Origin: Balanoglossus misakiensis
Taxonomy: Eukaryota > Animalia > Hemichordata
Reading direction: 5' to 3'
DNA: 64,000 nt
NCBI GenBank assembly: GCA_040954595.2
Contig: CM082595.2
Coordinates: 7,244,193-7,308,192, forward strand
Below are positions 50,060 through 63,100 of the stretch, piece by piece. Within the stretch, counting starts at the first letter, position 1. Each line of letters starts with the position of its first letter. A model generated the notes under the pieces. The model did not search any database, was not told the origin of the DNA, and saw only the letters and a list, made by a program, of their open reading frames with translations. Both the position numbers and the translations under genes were made by a program.

Positions 50060-53000
50060 TCAGTAGCCTCTTTCCCAGCTAACAACATGCTTCAAGTCTT
50101 CACCATTCACATATCTTTCATAGTTCTCAGCAAATAACTCCATTATCTATTACGAAAAGCAAAAAAATATAAGGAGACTAATATGGAATGCTATTTTGAA
50201 TATATTTTATTTCATCTGTCAAAATTTAAACTTGGGTATTACACAGCACCAGCTCACAGCACTGTTACATAATTTCCAAATCCCCACAAGCGCCAAGGTG
50301 AGTACATGTATGTGTGTCTGTGTCCTATAAAAGGGACAAAGTCTCTCTCTCGCTGTCCCTTTTCCCATTAATTATGTTTGATACAAGACACCGTTTAATA
50401 TGTTATTCTACATGTGGATGTATAGTGAATCAATGTTCAACCACACACAACTTCCATCCCATTTGTAGACACGAGAGTGAAAAACTCGCCAAAATGAATA
50501 ATCGGTGTTTACCATTCATTCATTTTGGCTAACTTTTTACCCTCATATCCTACAAACGGGATGGAAGTTGTGTGTAGTCGAATCTTGATTCACTATATAT
50601 CCACATGTAGAAAAACATAAACAGTGTCTTGTATCAAACATAATTACTGGGAAAAGGGCAGCGAGAGAGAGCCTTTGTCCCTTCAACCCTTTCACCACCA
50701 GGGTTTGGTCTAAATCCATTGTTTTCTATGGTACGCTCGGACCACTATAGAGGGAACTGGAGAGGGAAGGGTTAAAGCATGCAAATGTGATAAATCATAC
50801 AAACCTCATCAGCGAAGGTTTGTGCAGCTATATGTGGAGTGATTGTCACCTAGATGAAGTAAAAAAACAAAACTTGAAATAAAAATCAACACCCCAAGCA
50901 GGACAAATACGACTTTCAAGGCACATACTATCTTAAGGATGTATGTTCAGTAAAATGGAAAGTATTGTCATTTCTTTTAATTGTGGATTTTTAGATTATC
51001 CTGTGTATGTATAATGAAAATCCATAATAAATATAGGGGTTGTTTTTGAAATACAGAGCCATGAAGTTCGTCGATAATAGAGGAAAATTGCTGACTCTGC
51101 ATTTTTCACCAATGCTTTGTCTATGGGCAAAATACTTAACAAAATTTATCTCAAAATAGAGCGCGGTGACCACACGATTTTATTTGACCAATGAATTTAT
51201 TTTTACTTGACTGAGCTATGTGTAGAATTTTGTGAAAATGACAATAGTAGAAGTTTGTTTTCCAGCAATTATCAATGTAATCCTATGGAGAAATGACAAA
51301 TGTGCGCAGTTTCCTAGTTTATGTTCTGCGCATACATCCTTAAACACCTTTCACGGTCTTGAAATTTGTTAGTGCAATCCATTGTAAATTTGTAATGGCG
51401 AATAATGAGTATGACCATGGAAATGTATGCATTGTGCATAAAGTATTATTTGACAAACCTGCTTCATGTTCCAAAGTGGACTTTCTTTAAGCAGCGGTTC
51501 TGGCTCAAAAACATCTAAAATGGCACCAGAGATCCATCCTTGCCTAGAAAAAATTATAAACGACACAACATTGTAAATAAATAAATAAATAAATAAATAA
51601 TTAATTTATACCATGCTAACGTCCACCATTCTGATTGGACGAGAGCTCAATCCAGTGGTGGTAAATACTGCCTTACCACTGCTGAGAGTGGGCCCCTGAA
51701 CTAGGTTATGAGAGTAAAAATCTCGCTAAAATGAATAAACGGTAGAGACTGATTATTAATTTTGGCAAGTTTTTCACTCTTGCGTCTACAAGTGGGACGG
51801 AAGTTGTGTGTGGTTGAACGTTCATTCACTAATATGTACATTAACATAAACAAACATAATTACATGTAATGGAAAATGGACAGTGAGAGAGAGAGACTTT
51901 CTTTTTAATACATTGTACACTCATGTACATTTATAAGATACCTATTACACATTACGAACACAAACTCATTGATTGACAAATGACAGTTATAAACTATGAT
52001 CCCACAAACTATACTACTACTACACATGGGACCTAATAAAATCATGGATGTTGTTTCTTACTTCAATGCATTCACCAAATGATCTTCACTGATGACGTCT
52101 CCTCTTCCAACATTAATAAAAACAGATTTCTGAAGAGTAATGAAATTGAATGTTAAATCGATAAAACAACTGTAGTTAACTATAACATGCAGGGATGCAC
52201 CTGACTTGGTAAATGCAAGCATATAAATAGGAATATAGCACAAGAATATTACTGTCCAAAGAAGGCAGATTTTTGAGTGTTAAATTTTGCAAACTGCGCT
52301 TTATTTATAATCACTTGCCTGCCTACCTTTCTAAATCTTGAATTGATGCAAAACAAAGAAATTATTTAATACGGCCTTCCTTACCTTCTTCTGACAATTT
52401 TGTAGCATGTTTCCATTTAGCAATCCTACGGTGTCTTTTGTACTTGGAAGCACATTGCAAACATAGTCACAATTTTCTAAGAGTTCAGTGCACTGTTCCA
52501 TTCTTCTGTACTGGTCAACATGTGGAGATCTCTGGCTGGCTGGCAAGTCTTGTCTCACAAGTCCCCATACTGTCATGCCAAGTGTTTTACACGCCATGGC
52601 AACTATAGATATACCGATCAAATGTTGGTAAATACCATAATGGAGACTTGTTTGTCTTTTTTCCTAGATCTCTGTTACCAGGTTCACACATATAAAAATT
52701 TGAGACACTATTTGCCTATGGTAAACACAGAGAATTAATCCTTTGAGTCGAGTTGTGTCCACACACACACGATTTGTGGATAAGCACTGAGGCTCAAATG
52801 GGGGTCACACACACACCATTAAAGCCCCAGTATTTCTCGTGTGTATCCATTTTTCATCATCGAAAAATGCCTGTTTTTCCCGTACATTCATCATGGAATA
52901 CTACATAATGAAGATAGAAGAAAGGTTTGGGCAACTGTAGCTACGTGCAAGCTGTAAATATTGCCCGTAACACTTGAAATGATGCGCGGGTTTGTTTACA

Positions 53001-55054
53001 AGGGAAATGTTGTACATGTCGATCAGCAAACGTGCCACTTTGACATTTTGATGGTCAGACCATTTTCGGATTTGATCTGGTTCCATCGACTGATTTCTCC
53101 CATAAAGTTATCTTCCCAAAATTTCGCCGAATTAGTGCGCATTTCTTCGCTGAGTCGCTTGATTTGGGGCGACCAAACCTCTTCCGCATAGATTCACATT
53201 TGAGTGCGCATGCGCACTAGTCACGTGTGTCAACACTCACGTGACTTTCTGTCCGGACAGAAAGTCATTCTTCACTCGTTATATTGTAAATTGTATGAGT
53301 TTATGAGCAGAGCTGGGGATGATGACTGTTCGATTCAGTATCAATTATCATCTACTTTTAGAAAGTATAGATGCCGTTTCAAACAAAATTTTGCCCCTAC
53401 GAGAAATACTGAGGCTTTAAGATGGTTCTGAAGCGTCTCAGATAAAAAACACGTGTGGACGGTGTATACTGGTTCTGAAACGGCTCAGATTTGAGACGGC
53501 TTTGCTGGCCAGACATGAGCCGCAACCCATTGTCTATGGGACTGAGCCTCAGCGCCTATACATACTTTGTATGTGTGGACACAACGCGACTCAAAGGATT
53601 AATGCTCTGTGTTTACCATAGGCAAATAGTGTCTCAATTTTTTCTGTGTGAACCTGGTATCTGTTACCAGGTTCACACAGGGTGGACCAATTTAAGTTGG
53701 AAAATAGAATCATGAAAATAATGCAAAAGTGGCAGCAGTGTTCTCCCCAGAGGAATTAAAGCATGGCCACCACTCTTTAATTTTGAGAAGACAATAGACA
53801 TATTAATTGATTATATTGTTATGTAAATAAGCCACCCGGTTTTCTAAAATCCTGGGGAGACCACTGGGCAGCTCTAGAGCCTCTGACATACCAGATAAAG
53901 ATACTACCAAAGGCAGTACACAAAATTATTCCCTTTGAAACTCGTGCCATGATGCTTACTTTCTTTGCCAATGTCTCCAACGCCCAGTATACCTATGGAT
54001 AAATTGGGAAGAATTCGGTACAGTGGACGACGTGACTCTACTTCTGTCCTTGATAAAGAAAATAGAAACCTATGTCAAGTTACTGTGTCAAGGTCACTAT
54101 CATCCCTATTGGAACATTCAAGTGTACATATGTAAGTTAGGGACTGTTCAGAATTTACTTCCAAGGGAGGGGGGGGGGGGAGGGACCACCCATATTCCCC
54201 AAGAAGAATTAGGGGACAAGACATAAAAATCACAATCCTTCAGGGGGGACCATGTGAAAAAAATCACCAGGAAAATAAAAAATCCTCCGGCCCCACCCCG
54301 GAAGTAAATTCTGAACAGTTCCTAACATTTGAACTCATAATGTTTGAGTTCAAACAGAAACTGACAAAAGCATTGTTAGTATTAGTGAATATTACTAGAT
54401 GAAATCTGATGAAAACATTCCTGCTGGGTCCAGAAAGTTAAAACTATTTTGTTACAAACAATGATGAAAACCACAATGAATAATGGGGATATTTGAGTCA
54501 GTATATTTAAATGTCATTCTAAAACACCCTGGGCATTTTAAACACATTTAATTTTTTTCTTGTATATTAAGACAGGCTAGTTCTGCCAAATGTTGAAAAG
54601 TTTTACAAAAAACAACAGCAAAACATGCCCCCCCCCCAGAAAAAAGGTTAAAATAATTACACACACCATAAAGATTTCTTCTGATCTTCTGCGGATTTTG
54701 AAAAGCGTCTTTCATGTGCAATGATGTGTCCAATCACATACTCTCTCATATGAACCCCAAATCGGCCACCAAATCTTGTCAATGTGAAGTCTGGTAGTGG
54801 TTTTGTTCTGTCGAGTTGGTTAAGTATTCCGTCAACTCCTGAGTGAGTGGGTAAAACATAAAACGAACAAACAAACATCAGTGACACATACAAGTACATG
54901 TACTTGCCTAGGATTGAAGCACTATCAATTACATAGTCCAAATTTAATTAATAAGAAAATGTTGGAGGAAATTCTGGTAAAAAAAAAGCATGTCTTCAAA
55001 TAAACATAGACACATATAATTACAAACTTACAATTACATACATGCACACGCTCT

Positions 55055-55092
<38 letters not shown>

Positions 55093-57770
55093 TACATACA
55101 TACATATACACACATACATACAAACGCAACCGATCCCATTAGGTCCCATGGTATATATAATATACACCAAATGGGACCTAAAAGTGAAAATTACTATAGG
55201 TAAATCTTGAACATGTTTTATTGCACCAAAATACAATATTAGCATTTTCCCAAAAGTTATGCACATCATCATAATGAAAACGGTGTTTTCATCAATGCGT
55301 ACCTGCCCAAGTACATTGCATCCACTTCAACTTTGGAAATTGGTGCAACATTCCAACCATTGTGGTTGGTTCCGTTAAGAGAATTTCCGCCTCGGCCAAA
55401 ACTCGATAGTCGTCCTGAGACAGTTTTCTTGCGAGTCCGCGAGCCCCATCTGTCAGGAAGAGTCAAATTACCAGTTTGTGGAATTTTAATTTCTCATGAC
55501 CGTCTCTCCAATACTGGGGGGATCACACATGCCCAACCTCACTCGTGGAAAACACGACCAACGTCACTCCCGTCTTATACACTATTTGTGATTTTAAAGG
55601 GTTTATGACATGCTTTGAAAAGTTTTCATTTTTCCCCGTCAAAAGCTCACTAGGGGTACCTGTCTATGCATTGCCTATTGTGTCGGTTCCGAAAAAATGT
55701 GCGCGAATGCCGGAATTTGCCACCCTTTTTCATGCCTGTGATCAGGGAGCCACTTCGCACTCGAGCCAGGCGAAGGTATTTGCATATATGGACAAACAAG
55801 TACACTAGGTTCTAGTGTACCATTCTGTTTACAGTAAAGTGTAATTAGCGGTCCATGAGTAATTAAGTCCACAGACAAAGACAAGCTATATAAACAGTGT
55901 TCAAAGCAAAGGAAGCCCTTGCCTCACATTGCAGGCAGAGGATTTACAAAGGTGTGAAAGACTATTTGTCCACATCAAGATAAGTCAACCACTGAACTTG
56001 GGAAAGCCGAAAAAAAAAATCGACTGAGTTGGGTTAGGGGTACACGCCCACCCGCCACATTTACTTGCCTGTTATCTAAGCACAGAGGCCAAAACGCATT
56101 ACCAGATAGTAACATACATTAATGTCAAGACCCAAATAGTGATTTTACGCGTGGTTGTATAGGGCATGTCATAGGCACTTTTATAATATACCTCATGCTA
56201 AGACTGTGCCGTGATTCGCCAGAATCCGTCACGTGATAGGAAAATAGAATCGACTATGAACCGCTAGGGAAATAGCAGAAAAAATATAAACCGATCACGT
56301 GACCAACGTGGTCACGTCGTCTGACACAATGGCCACCGCTGAAGATGTCGTCTGCCAGCCTCAAGAGAAAATTGCAAGATTTTCCCAGCTGTTAGCATGA
56401 GGTTTATTATAAAACACCTATAGCCTGGCCTATATTCGGGCCATAGCAGCCGTTTTTACCCCCTCGTGACTGTGAGTTACCAGAATCATATGCTATTTCC
56501 CTCGGCCTGCGGCCTCGGGAAATAGCATATGATTCTGGTAACTCACAGCCCCTCGGGTGTAATAAACGGCCGCTATGGCCCTCATGGCCAGGCAATAGGT
56601 GTTCAATACAGTCATTTTAAAATCATAACCCTTATACCCTAACGCTGACCCTAATGACCTTCGCCACCACTAATGGTACAGTCCATTATTGCAGTCATCA
56701 ATCAGGGGCCAACTTTCATATGCGGAATGATCAGTTCAGGAAGCTGTCAAACCACCAACACCTAGCTAGATTAACAATATCCAGATTAACAATACATGTA
56801 CCATGGAGCTACCTACTTTTTAGCTGCAAATGATTGTAGCAAGTGCTGCTGGGTTGACTGGTGTGTTCGCAGCCCTATACTCGTGGTTTGACACTTACCT
56901 CCCCTTTGCACCCCCCCCCCCCCCTAAAAAACCCACACCTCCGACGCCCAAGTGACCTGCTTCCATTAAAGGGACAAAGTCTCTCTCTCGCTGCCCTTTT
57001 TTCCATTAATTATGTTTGATACAAGACACTGTTTATGTTAATGTACATGTGGATATATAGTGAATCAATGATCAACCACACAAAACTTCCATCCCACTTG
57101 TATGATATGGTAGTAAAAACTCGCCCAAAATGAATAAATGGTAAAGAACGATTATTCATTTTGGCGATTTTTTTCACTCTCCTGTCTATAAGGGGGATGG
57201 AAGTTGTGTGTGGTTGAACCTTCAGTCAGTATATATCCACATGTGGAATAACAAACGGTATCTTGTATCAAATATAATTAATGGAAAAAAGGCAGCGAGA
57301 GAGAGACTCTGTCCCTTTAATTAAAAATCCGACAAATCCACTGAAGTTTCGCCGGATTATAATGGAAGCGGGGCACGGGGGGGGGGAGAATTTGTGCGTC
57401 GGAGGTGTTTTTCTTTGGGGGGGGGGATTGCAACCGTACGGTTTTCAAATTTTATCGGAGGTAAGTGTTAAACCTGTGACGTAACTGAGTAGGGCTGCGA
57501 ACACACCCACCAGTCAATGAGTCAACCCAGCAGCACCCGCCTAAATCATTGCAGCTACTTACTTTCTGCACAATCACATGTTTTCACAACTTGTAAGGGT
57601 ATGTCAGGATGGCACTTGTGCAGCATCGACTGGATTCCGTTGACGTTGCTGAAGACGGTCACTTTTGGTCTCAGCGAGGCAGCCATGCTCAATTGGTGGC
57701 CTGTACTGCAGACAGACGAAATCCAGTACTGGGATCTGGCAAGACTAATGACCCTTAATCCTGCAGACAT
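50060..57770 (-). CDS. D-isomer-specific 2-hydroxyacid dehydrogenase, glyoxylate/hydroxypyruvate reductase A (GhrA)-like
   Basis: Nine phase-consistent exons: 57770 (or 57686)-57563, 55449-55303 (LKWMQCTWAG), 54838-54667 (GVD...MREYV), 54048-53960 (GILGVGDIG), 52602-52385 (NVLPST..T.GLLN), 52129-52062 (FINVGRG), 51543-51459 (GAILDVFEPEPL..SPLW), 50849-50805 (ITPHIA), 50146-50060 (...WERGY*). Confidence 0.92.
50332..50682. mobile_element. Kolobok-type MITE (AGGGACAAAG family), intronic, abutting a small CCC...GGG|TTAA piggyBac-like MITE at 50687-50771
   Basis: AGGGACAAAGTCTCTCT...GAGCCTTTGTCCCT. Confidence 0.75.
50937..51339. mobile_element. Kolobok-type MITE, third family
   Basis: TTAA|GGATGTATG...CATACATCC|TTAA. 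Confidence 0.65.
52678..53657. mobile_element. About 980-bp non-autonomous DNA transposon with about 90-bp TIRs and TA flanks
   Basis: TA|CCAGGTTCACAC...TTGAGACACTATTTGCCTATGGTAAACACAGAG is mirrored at 53574-53657, ending GTGTGAACCTGG|TA. Confidence 0.75.
54140..54322. mobile_element. Harbinger-type MITE
   Basis: TTA|GGGACTGTTCAGAATTTACTTCC...GGAAGTAAATTCTGAACAGTTCC|TAA. Confidence 0.7.
56408..56608. mobile_element. About 200-bp hairpin element without TSD
   Basis: Arms ...GTGAGTTACCAGAATCATATGCTATTTCCC / GGGAAATAGCATATGATTCTGGTAACTCAC around CTCGGCCTGCGGCCTCG. Confidence 0.6.
56821..57557. mobile_element. TAGCTGCAA...TTGCAGCTA element with 9-bp TSD (AcademH-type), containing a nested Kolobok MITE at 56970-57316
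   Basis: CCTACTTTT|TAGCTGCAAATGATTG...CATTGCAGCTA|CTTACTTTC. Nested element TTAA|AGGGAC...GTCCCT|TTAA. Confidence 0.75.
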
Positions 57771-60138
57771 CTTATGTGCATCTTTACCAATGCATATTAT
57801 GCATAGCAATTGTTTCAGTTGTCAATGGTGGTACTCAACTGTTTTGTTTATGTGTAGTCCATTGTGTGTGATCGGCCTGCTTCGACACTTGCTGGAGTTT
57901 TAATTCTAACTTCACGCATGCGCACTCGTTTTGAAGCGCTGTTACGTTCCCTCAAGAAAGAGGGACTGTGTGGTCATGGTTACACAGACCTGTACGCAGG
58001 GCCTGGGTACTCCATAACTGTGGTCATCGTCTTGTACGATGGCACGCTGGATGAGCTTTCCTCGCTAAAGCATCACAAATAACTGAACACTTCCGGTTAG
58101 CGCGTTCTCGAACAAACCAACACACTTGAGGAAATAAATCAGCGAACGAACGCGAAAACTTTGACCCTCATCAGATATACGACATACCCGGACATTACCC
58201 GGACTGTTAACTAACACTCCCCAGGTCAAAGAAAAAAGTTACTATATACAATGTATTTGATCGTTCGTCTTGAATTAGGCCTACGTGCTTCACCCCGTCA
58301 AGACTGACCAAAAGAAACAACTTCAAAAGGCGAAATTATGGTTCTCAAATCAAGGAATACCATCACTCATCATTTGATGAACAGATGTGTCTCAAATTTG
58401 GATACCAAAAATGCAGGAAAACTCGCCTCTACTATCTCGAGCTTTTTCATATATGTTTGTACACAACTCAATCAAAGGAAATTCAATCGAGCAATCAGAT
58501 AACATTATCGGGAACATCATATAGTTACCGCGCGTACTTTTAAGAGACTGAACTTCGTTGCATGCTTTCACGTCCATTTAAAAACATTCCGTGAAGATGC
58601 TGTCGAATTTGTTAGCCAGTCCCTCCCGAACTGGCTACATCAACGGCCTTATATTATTTCATAAATTAGTATGGCGAGTCTATCTTGTATGAAAATACGT
58701 GACAGTACGTACTTCCAACCTTTGTAGTCGTTCACCTGTCAATATCGGGGTGGGGGACCTAAATTTCGATGTACGTGCGCAACTCAAAGGGCCTATGACA
58801 TGCCCATACCCACAACACGTAAAATCACTCTTTCGGTGGTGAAGTCAAGGTTTGTTGCCGTCTAAATCTCATATCAATCTCAATTGTTACCTTTTTCTTT
58901 CACTGGATTTTTATCATCATTTAGTCGGTATTTTACAACAAATATGTGCGAACTCACCGAATAAAAGAATTCGAGTCGACAATTGGTCGCCAGCTTTTTA
59001 TCATTTTAATTTGTCAGTATTTCCACAGAAGAAGCACAGCTCTTTAATTTGTGCGACTGCCAGAGGTAAGATATGGAACGTGTGAATATTACTAGTATCC
59101 AACTGATGACCTCTTTTGGAGAATGTGGTGGCCCTGGAAAGGGGCGTGCGTTCGGTGGTTTGTGATCAGCATGACCAGACCAGGGCCGCCCCAGTATACC
59201 GCAGATAGATGACTTTGACATACCGGTTCCGGGAATCTGTGAGTTTCTGCGTCCGTATCTAATCGGGGTTTGTCCGCTTTGCTCTAAAACTTTGGAGCAA
59301 AGCGGGTACAACTCGGCTATTCGAGACTACTGCATACCTTTACCGTTATAGCCTCCTTGACCAGGAAGAACATCATCGTATATATATTCTCTTATTCCGT
59401 CCCTGCATCTGATTTTAATCAGGTTGGGCGATTTCATGCCATGCCGACATCCCGTTCTTGCGGGTGGAGCGCCCTCAAACGACTGTACCGTACAGTCTTA
59501 GCGAAATCCCAACGGCAAAACAACCTATATTTGTGTTCAGTCATGCATCTTTATCAAAAACTGAATTCAGCTGAGGGTCTGGACTATAGTTCAGTTTAAA
59601 GTGAAGGGGTCGTCGCGCCGCACTTGTTTGTTTATAAACATTACAATTCATCCACAAATCCCTGAAATTAGATCATTCTTAGGGACCGTTCAGTTATGAA
59701 AGAAATAGTGTGGGCGATGTCGTTGTCCTTCATGGTCCAAACATGTTTGCTGAGTTCAGTGGAGTTCCTCGAGCGTGCGAGTTGGAATGATGAAGTGTGG
59801 TTTCTGTTTCTCGTCTAGAAGTCATTCTCAGTTAGTCAAACCACGGTTACTTGGCGCGCCGTAGAGAGTACTACCACAGATAGCACCAAAGCACGAGCAC
59901 AGAGAGTTGCAAAACGATGGATTGATGTTTTAAACTGTAGAGGGCGCTATTACAAATTTCACCAGTTAGTCCAAACATTTTGAAATACCAGAAAGCAGTA
60001 TTTAAATGCAACCATTTGAATATTGTTAATGAGGCGAGAACTTTACACAGTCACACTCGATATCAAACGCACAACCCTTCAGGAGGACGAAACGGTTCAA
60101 CATATACTTGGTGCCACTGGAAAACTTCTGTCTGGAAG

Positions 60139-63100
60139 ATGGAAGCACTTGATCCATTTAAAACGTTGCTGTACGAAATAGCCGTGGAAATCACATCAGG
60201 TACTTTGCAATATTTGTTAATATATTTGCCAATTATTATACGAGATTGTTTACTAGCCCACACGTAGGAACGCATTCGTTTCGACTCATCCACATTCTTA
60301 CTTCCTTCAGTGGCGCATTGACATACTTAGCCCACACGAACGTATTACTAGTATTTGCGGCCTGTCCATATTCTTAGCCTACATAATGTAATGTATTATT
60401 TAACAGGATCATGCACACCAGTTGCAAATAATGTCATATGTATGTAATTTGGCAATCTACGCAATACCTCATTTGCACAAATGACACTCCCATATTCGCA
60501 ACATAACTATAATGTTTCCTGGGATCTCGTAAAAATCACAACATTTTCTATCAACACTTCGCTGTATAGGCGATGTTTTTTAATATATAGGTACACCTCT
60601 TTGGAAAGGGCGTGTGCAGTATATTACCATATATCATATATCATTATACATGTATATTCATATATCATTATTTTGTTTCTAAATCTCACCGTGGCCACAT
60701 TTAAACTTGCTATCAACAAAACAAAGTGTCTACTACATACGATGTACATATTTCGGACGCGAAAAAGGTATGCACCGTTTTCACCAATGTCAGAAATGCG
60801 GAAATGTCATTGTGTTTGTGGAAAACGTTATGCTTCAAGAAATTGTCCCCTCTCTATGCGACATTAACTTGGTTTATTGTTCCAGATAAACTTCACGAAA
60901 TCAAACACGTGGTTAAAATTCCAAAAAGGGAGCTGGAAAATGTAACGAAAGCAGAAGATTTGTTCAACGAAATGGTTCAACGTGGTCAAATAAGCCAAGA
61001 CAACACGGATGTGCTGCAGAAAGTACTTACCACGGTTGGACTTCAATGTTTGGCTGATAAATTAAAAGAAACCCTAGGTTTGTTCACGATTATACATTAT
61101 TGAATTGATAACCCAATTCTCCGGGGAAATAATTTACAACGTGATTTTGATATGTAAACCTCCGTGGTGTCCTATGTACCCGAAGCACCAAAATGACTAT
61201 AAATGCATTAAACCATGTACATACTAGTGCTTTGAATTCGTTCTTCACTATTTGATATCATGTAATGTCTATAATATCCGTGGAAATGTAACAAGTTTTA
61301 ATATTGTATAATAATATGTTTTAATTCAATTACTGATATTTGTTTTCTTAACTTAGAACCAAAAGAAGAGGATGTCAGCCAGCTTGAATCGTTTCTGAAA
61401 GACCAGTACAAGTCTAAATTCGACCATTTTAATCCGTTACCATGGAACCCAAACTTCAGAATCAGTCTTGAAGATGTTTACACTCAACTAGTGGTGTCAA
61501 AAACGGTTGGCGGATCACGTTTCAGCACAGGCGAAAGCATCAAAAGGGAAGTTGATATATTTTCCAGTTTCACACAGGCAGAATATTGTAAACGCATTGT
61601 TGTTAAGGGTGACCCTGCCATGGGCAAATCTGTATTTTGTAGAAAAATTGCTCATGATTGGTCTTGTGGTAAGCTGGAGCAATTCAAATTGGTCTTTCTG
61701 CTACAACTGAAACATTGCCAACAAAACCAACACTCTATAGAAGATATATTGTTTGATCAGCTCCTACCAGATGACTGTCCCATTTCTCGTCAGCAACTTC
61801 GACATTATATAAACCATCAGAGTAATTCAATATTGTTCATTTTTGATGGTTACGACGAAATGATTTCGGCTATAAAGACGAAACATTCCGTAGTTGGCAG
61901 AATCATTCGCCAAAAGTTGCTCCACGGGTGTACAGTCCTAACAACCACAAGACCTCATGAGCAAGAGAGAGATCTTGAAGATTGTAAACTTTGGTTTCGC
62001 ATCAAAGGATTCGATGAGGAGAAATACAAATTGTACATGCAGAAATACTTCATTGGTAGGGAATCGTATGCAGAGAGCTTGATTGAAGAGGTTCAGAATT
62101 TTCAGTTTGAGTTTGACCCAAATTTACTGTGCAGCCCGTTAAACATTTCGTTTCTGTGTGCTATATGGGAAGATGTTGCTAGCAACAGACAGAAAGAAAT
62201 ACACTTTCCCCAGAAAATCACCGATCTGTACACTGAAATCTTTGAATGTGTCATCTCAAGGTTTTGTGAGCGTGAGGGCAAAGAGAGGGAACACGTTGAA
62301 GATATTGTCACGTCTTTAGCCCGCGATACATACACTATTTGCACGAGAACTAATTTGACACAGAAGATCTTCAACTTTAATGATGAGGATGTTTCAAAAC
62401 CCGAATCCTTAAAGCTAGGATTCCTAGTTGAGGACATAAGCATTTCGAAAACAAGACCTAGAAATATTTATTATTTTATGCACCGTACATGGCAAGAATA
62501 TTTTTTGGCGTTGCATGTTAGTAAAGTGGTTGAAAGTGATTCAGGGGTTAGACGGTTTGTTGAAAAAATGATGGAATCCCCTGAAAATAATTCTCCGACG
62601 ATACGATTTATGTCAGGTCTTCTGAAGGACAGGGCGCTGCCGTTGTTAGAAATATTCTCTGATGCTTTAACACGAGTGAGGTCTGCAGAGACATACGACG
62701 ATTTTGAAAACGTCCGCATGGTTTCTTACTTGCTGCAATTCTGCTTTGAATGCCTTCATGAGTGTGGGCACAGTGGTCAATTTATGCCTGTAATCTCAAA
62801 TGCAATCCCTCAAAGCGTTGGTGTAAATATCCAGTATGATTGTCCTATATTTTGGCAAGATTGGTCATTTATGTTTAACAATTTGGATCATCCACCTGTA
62901 GTCATCAAATGCAACGCGAAGAGTTTTGTTGAGTTTCTTAACCTGGTGAAATTCCAGGGAGAGCAAGAAAGTATCGATGCTTCGAAAACCATCACTCACG
63001 TGGCATTGTTAATGAAAGGTAGAAATAAGGCCAATACAATCGAAGAACGTATGTTATCCAATATCGACAAGAAGAGTCCACTCGCAAAGATAACAGAGGT

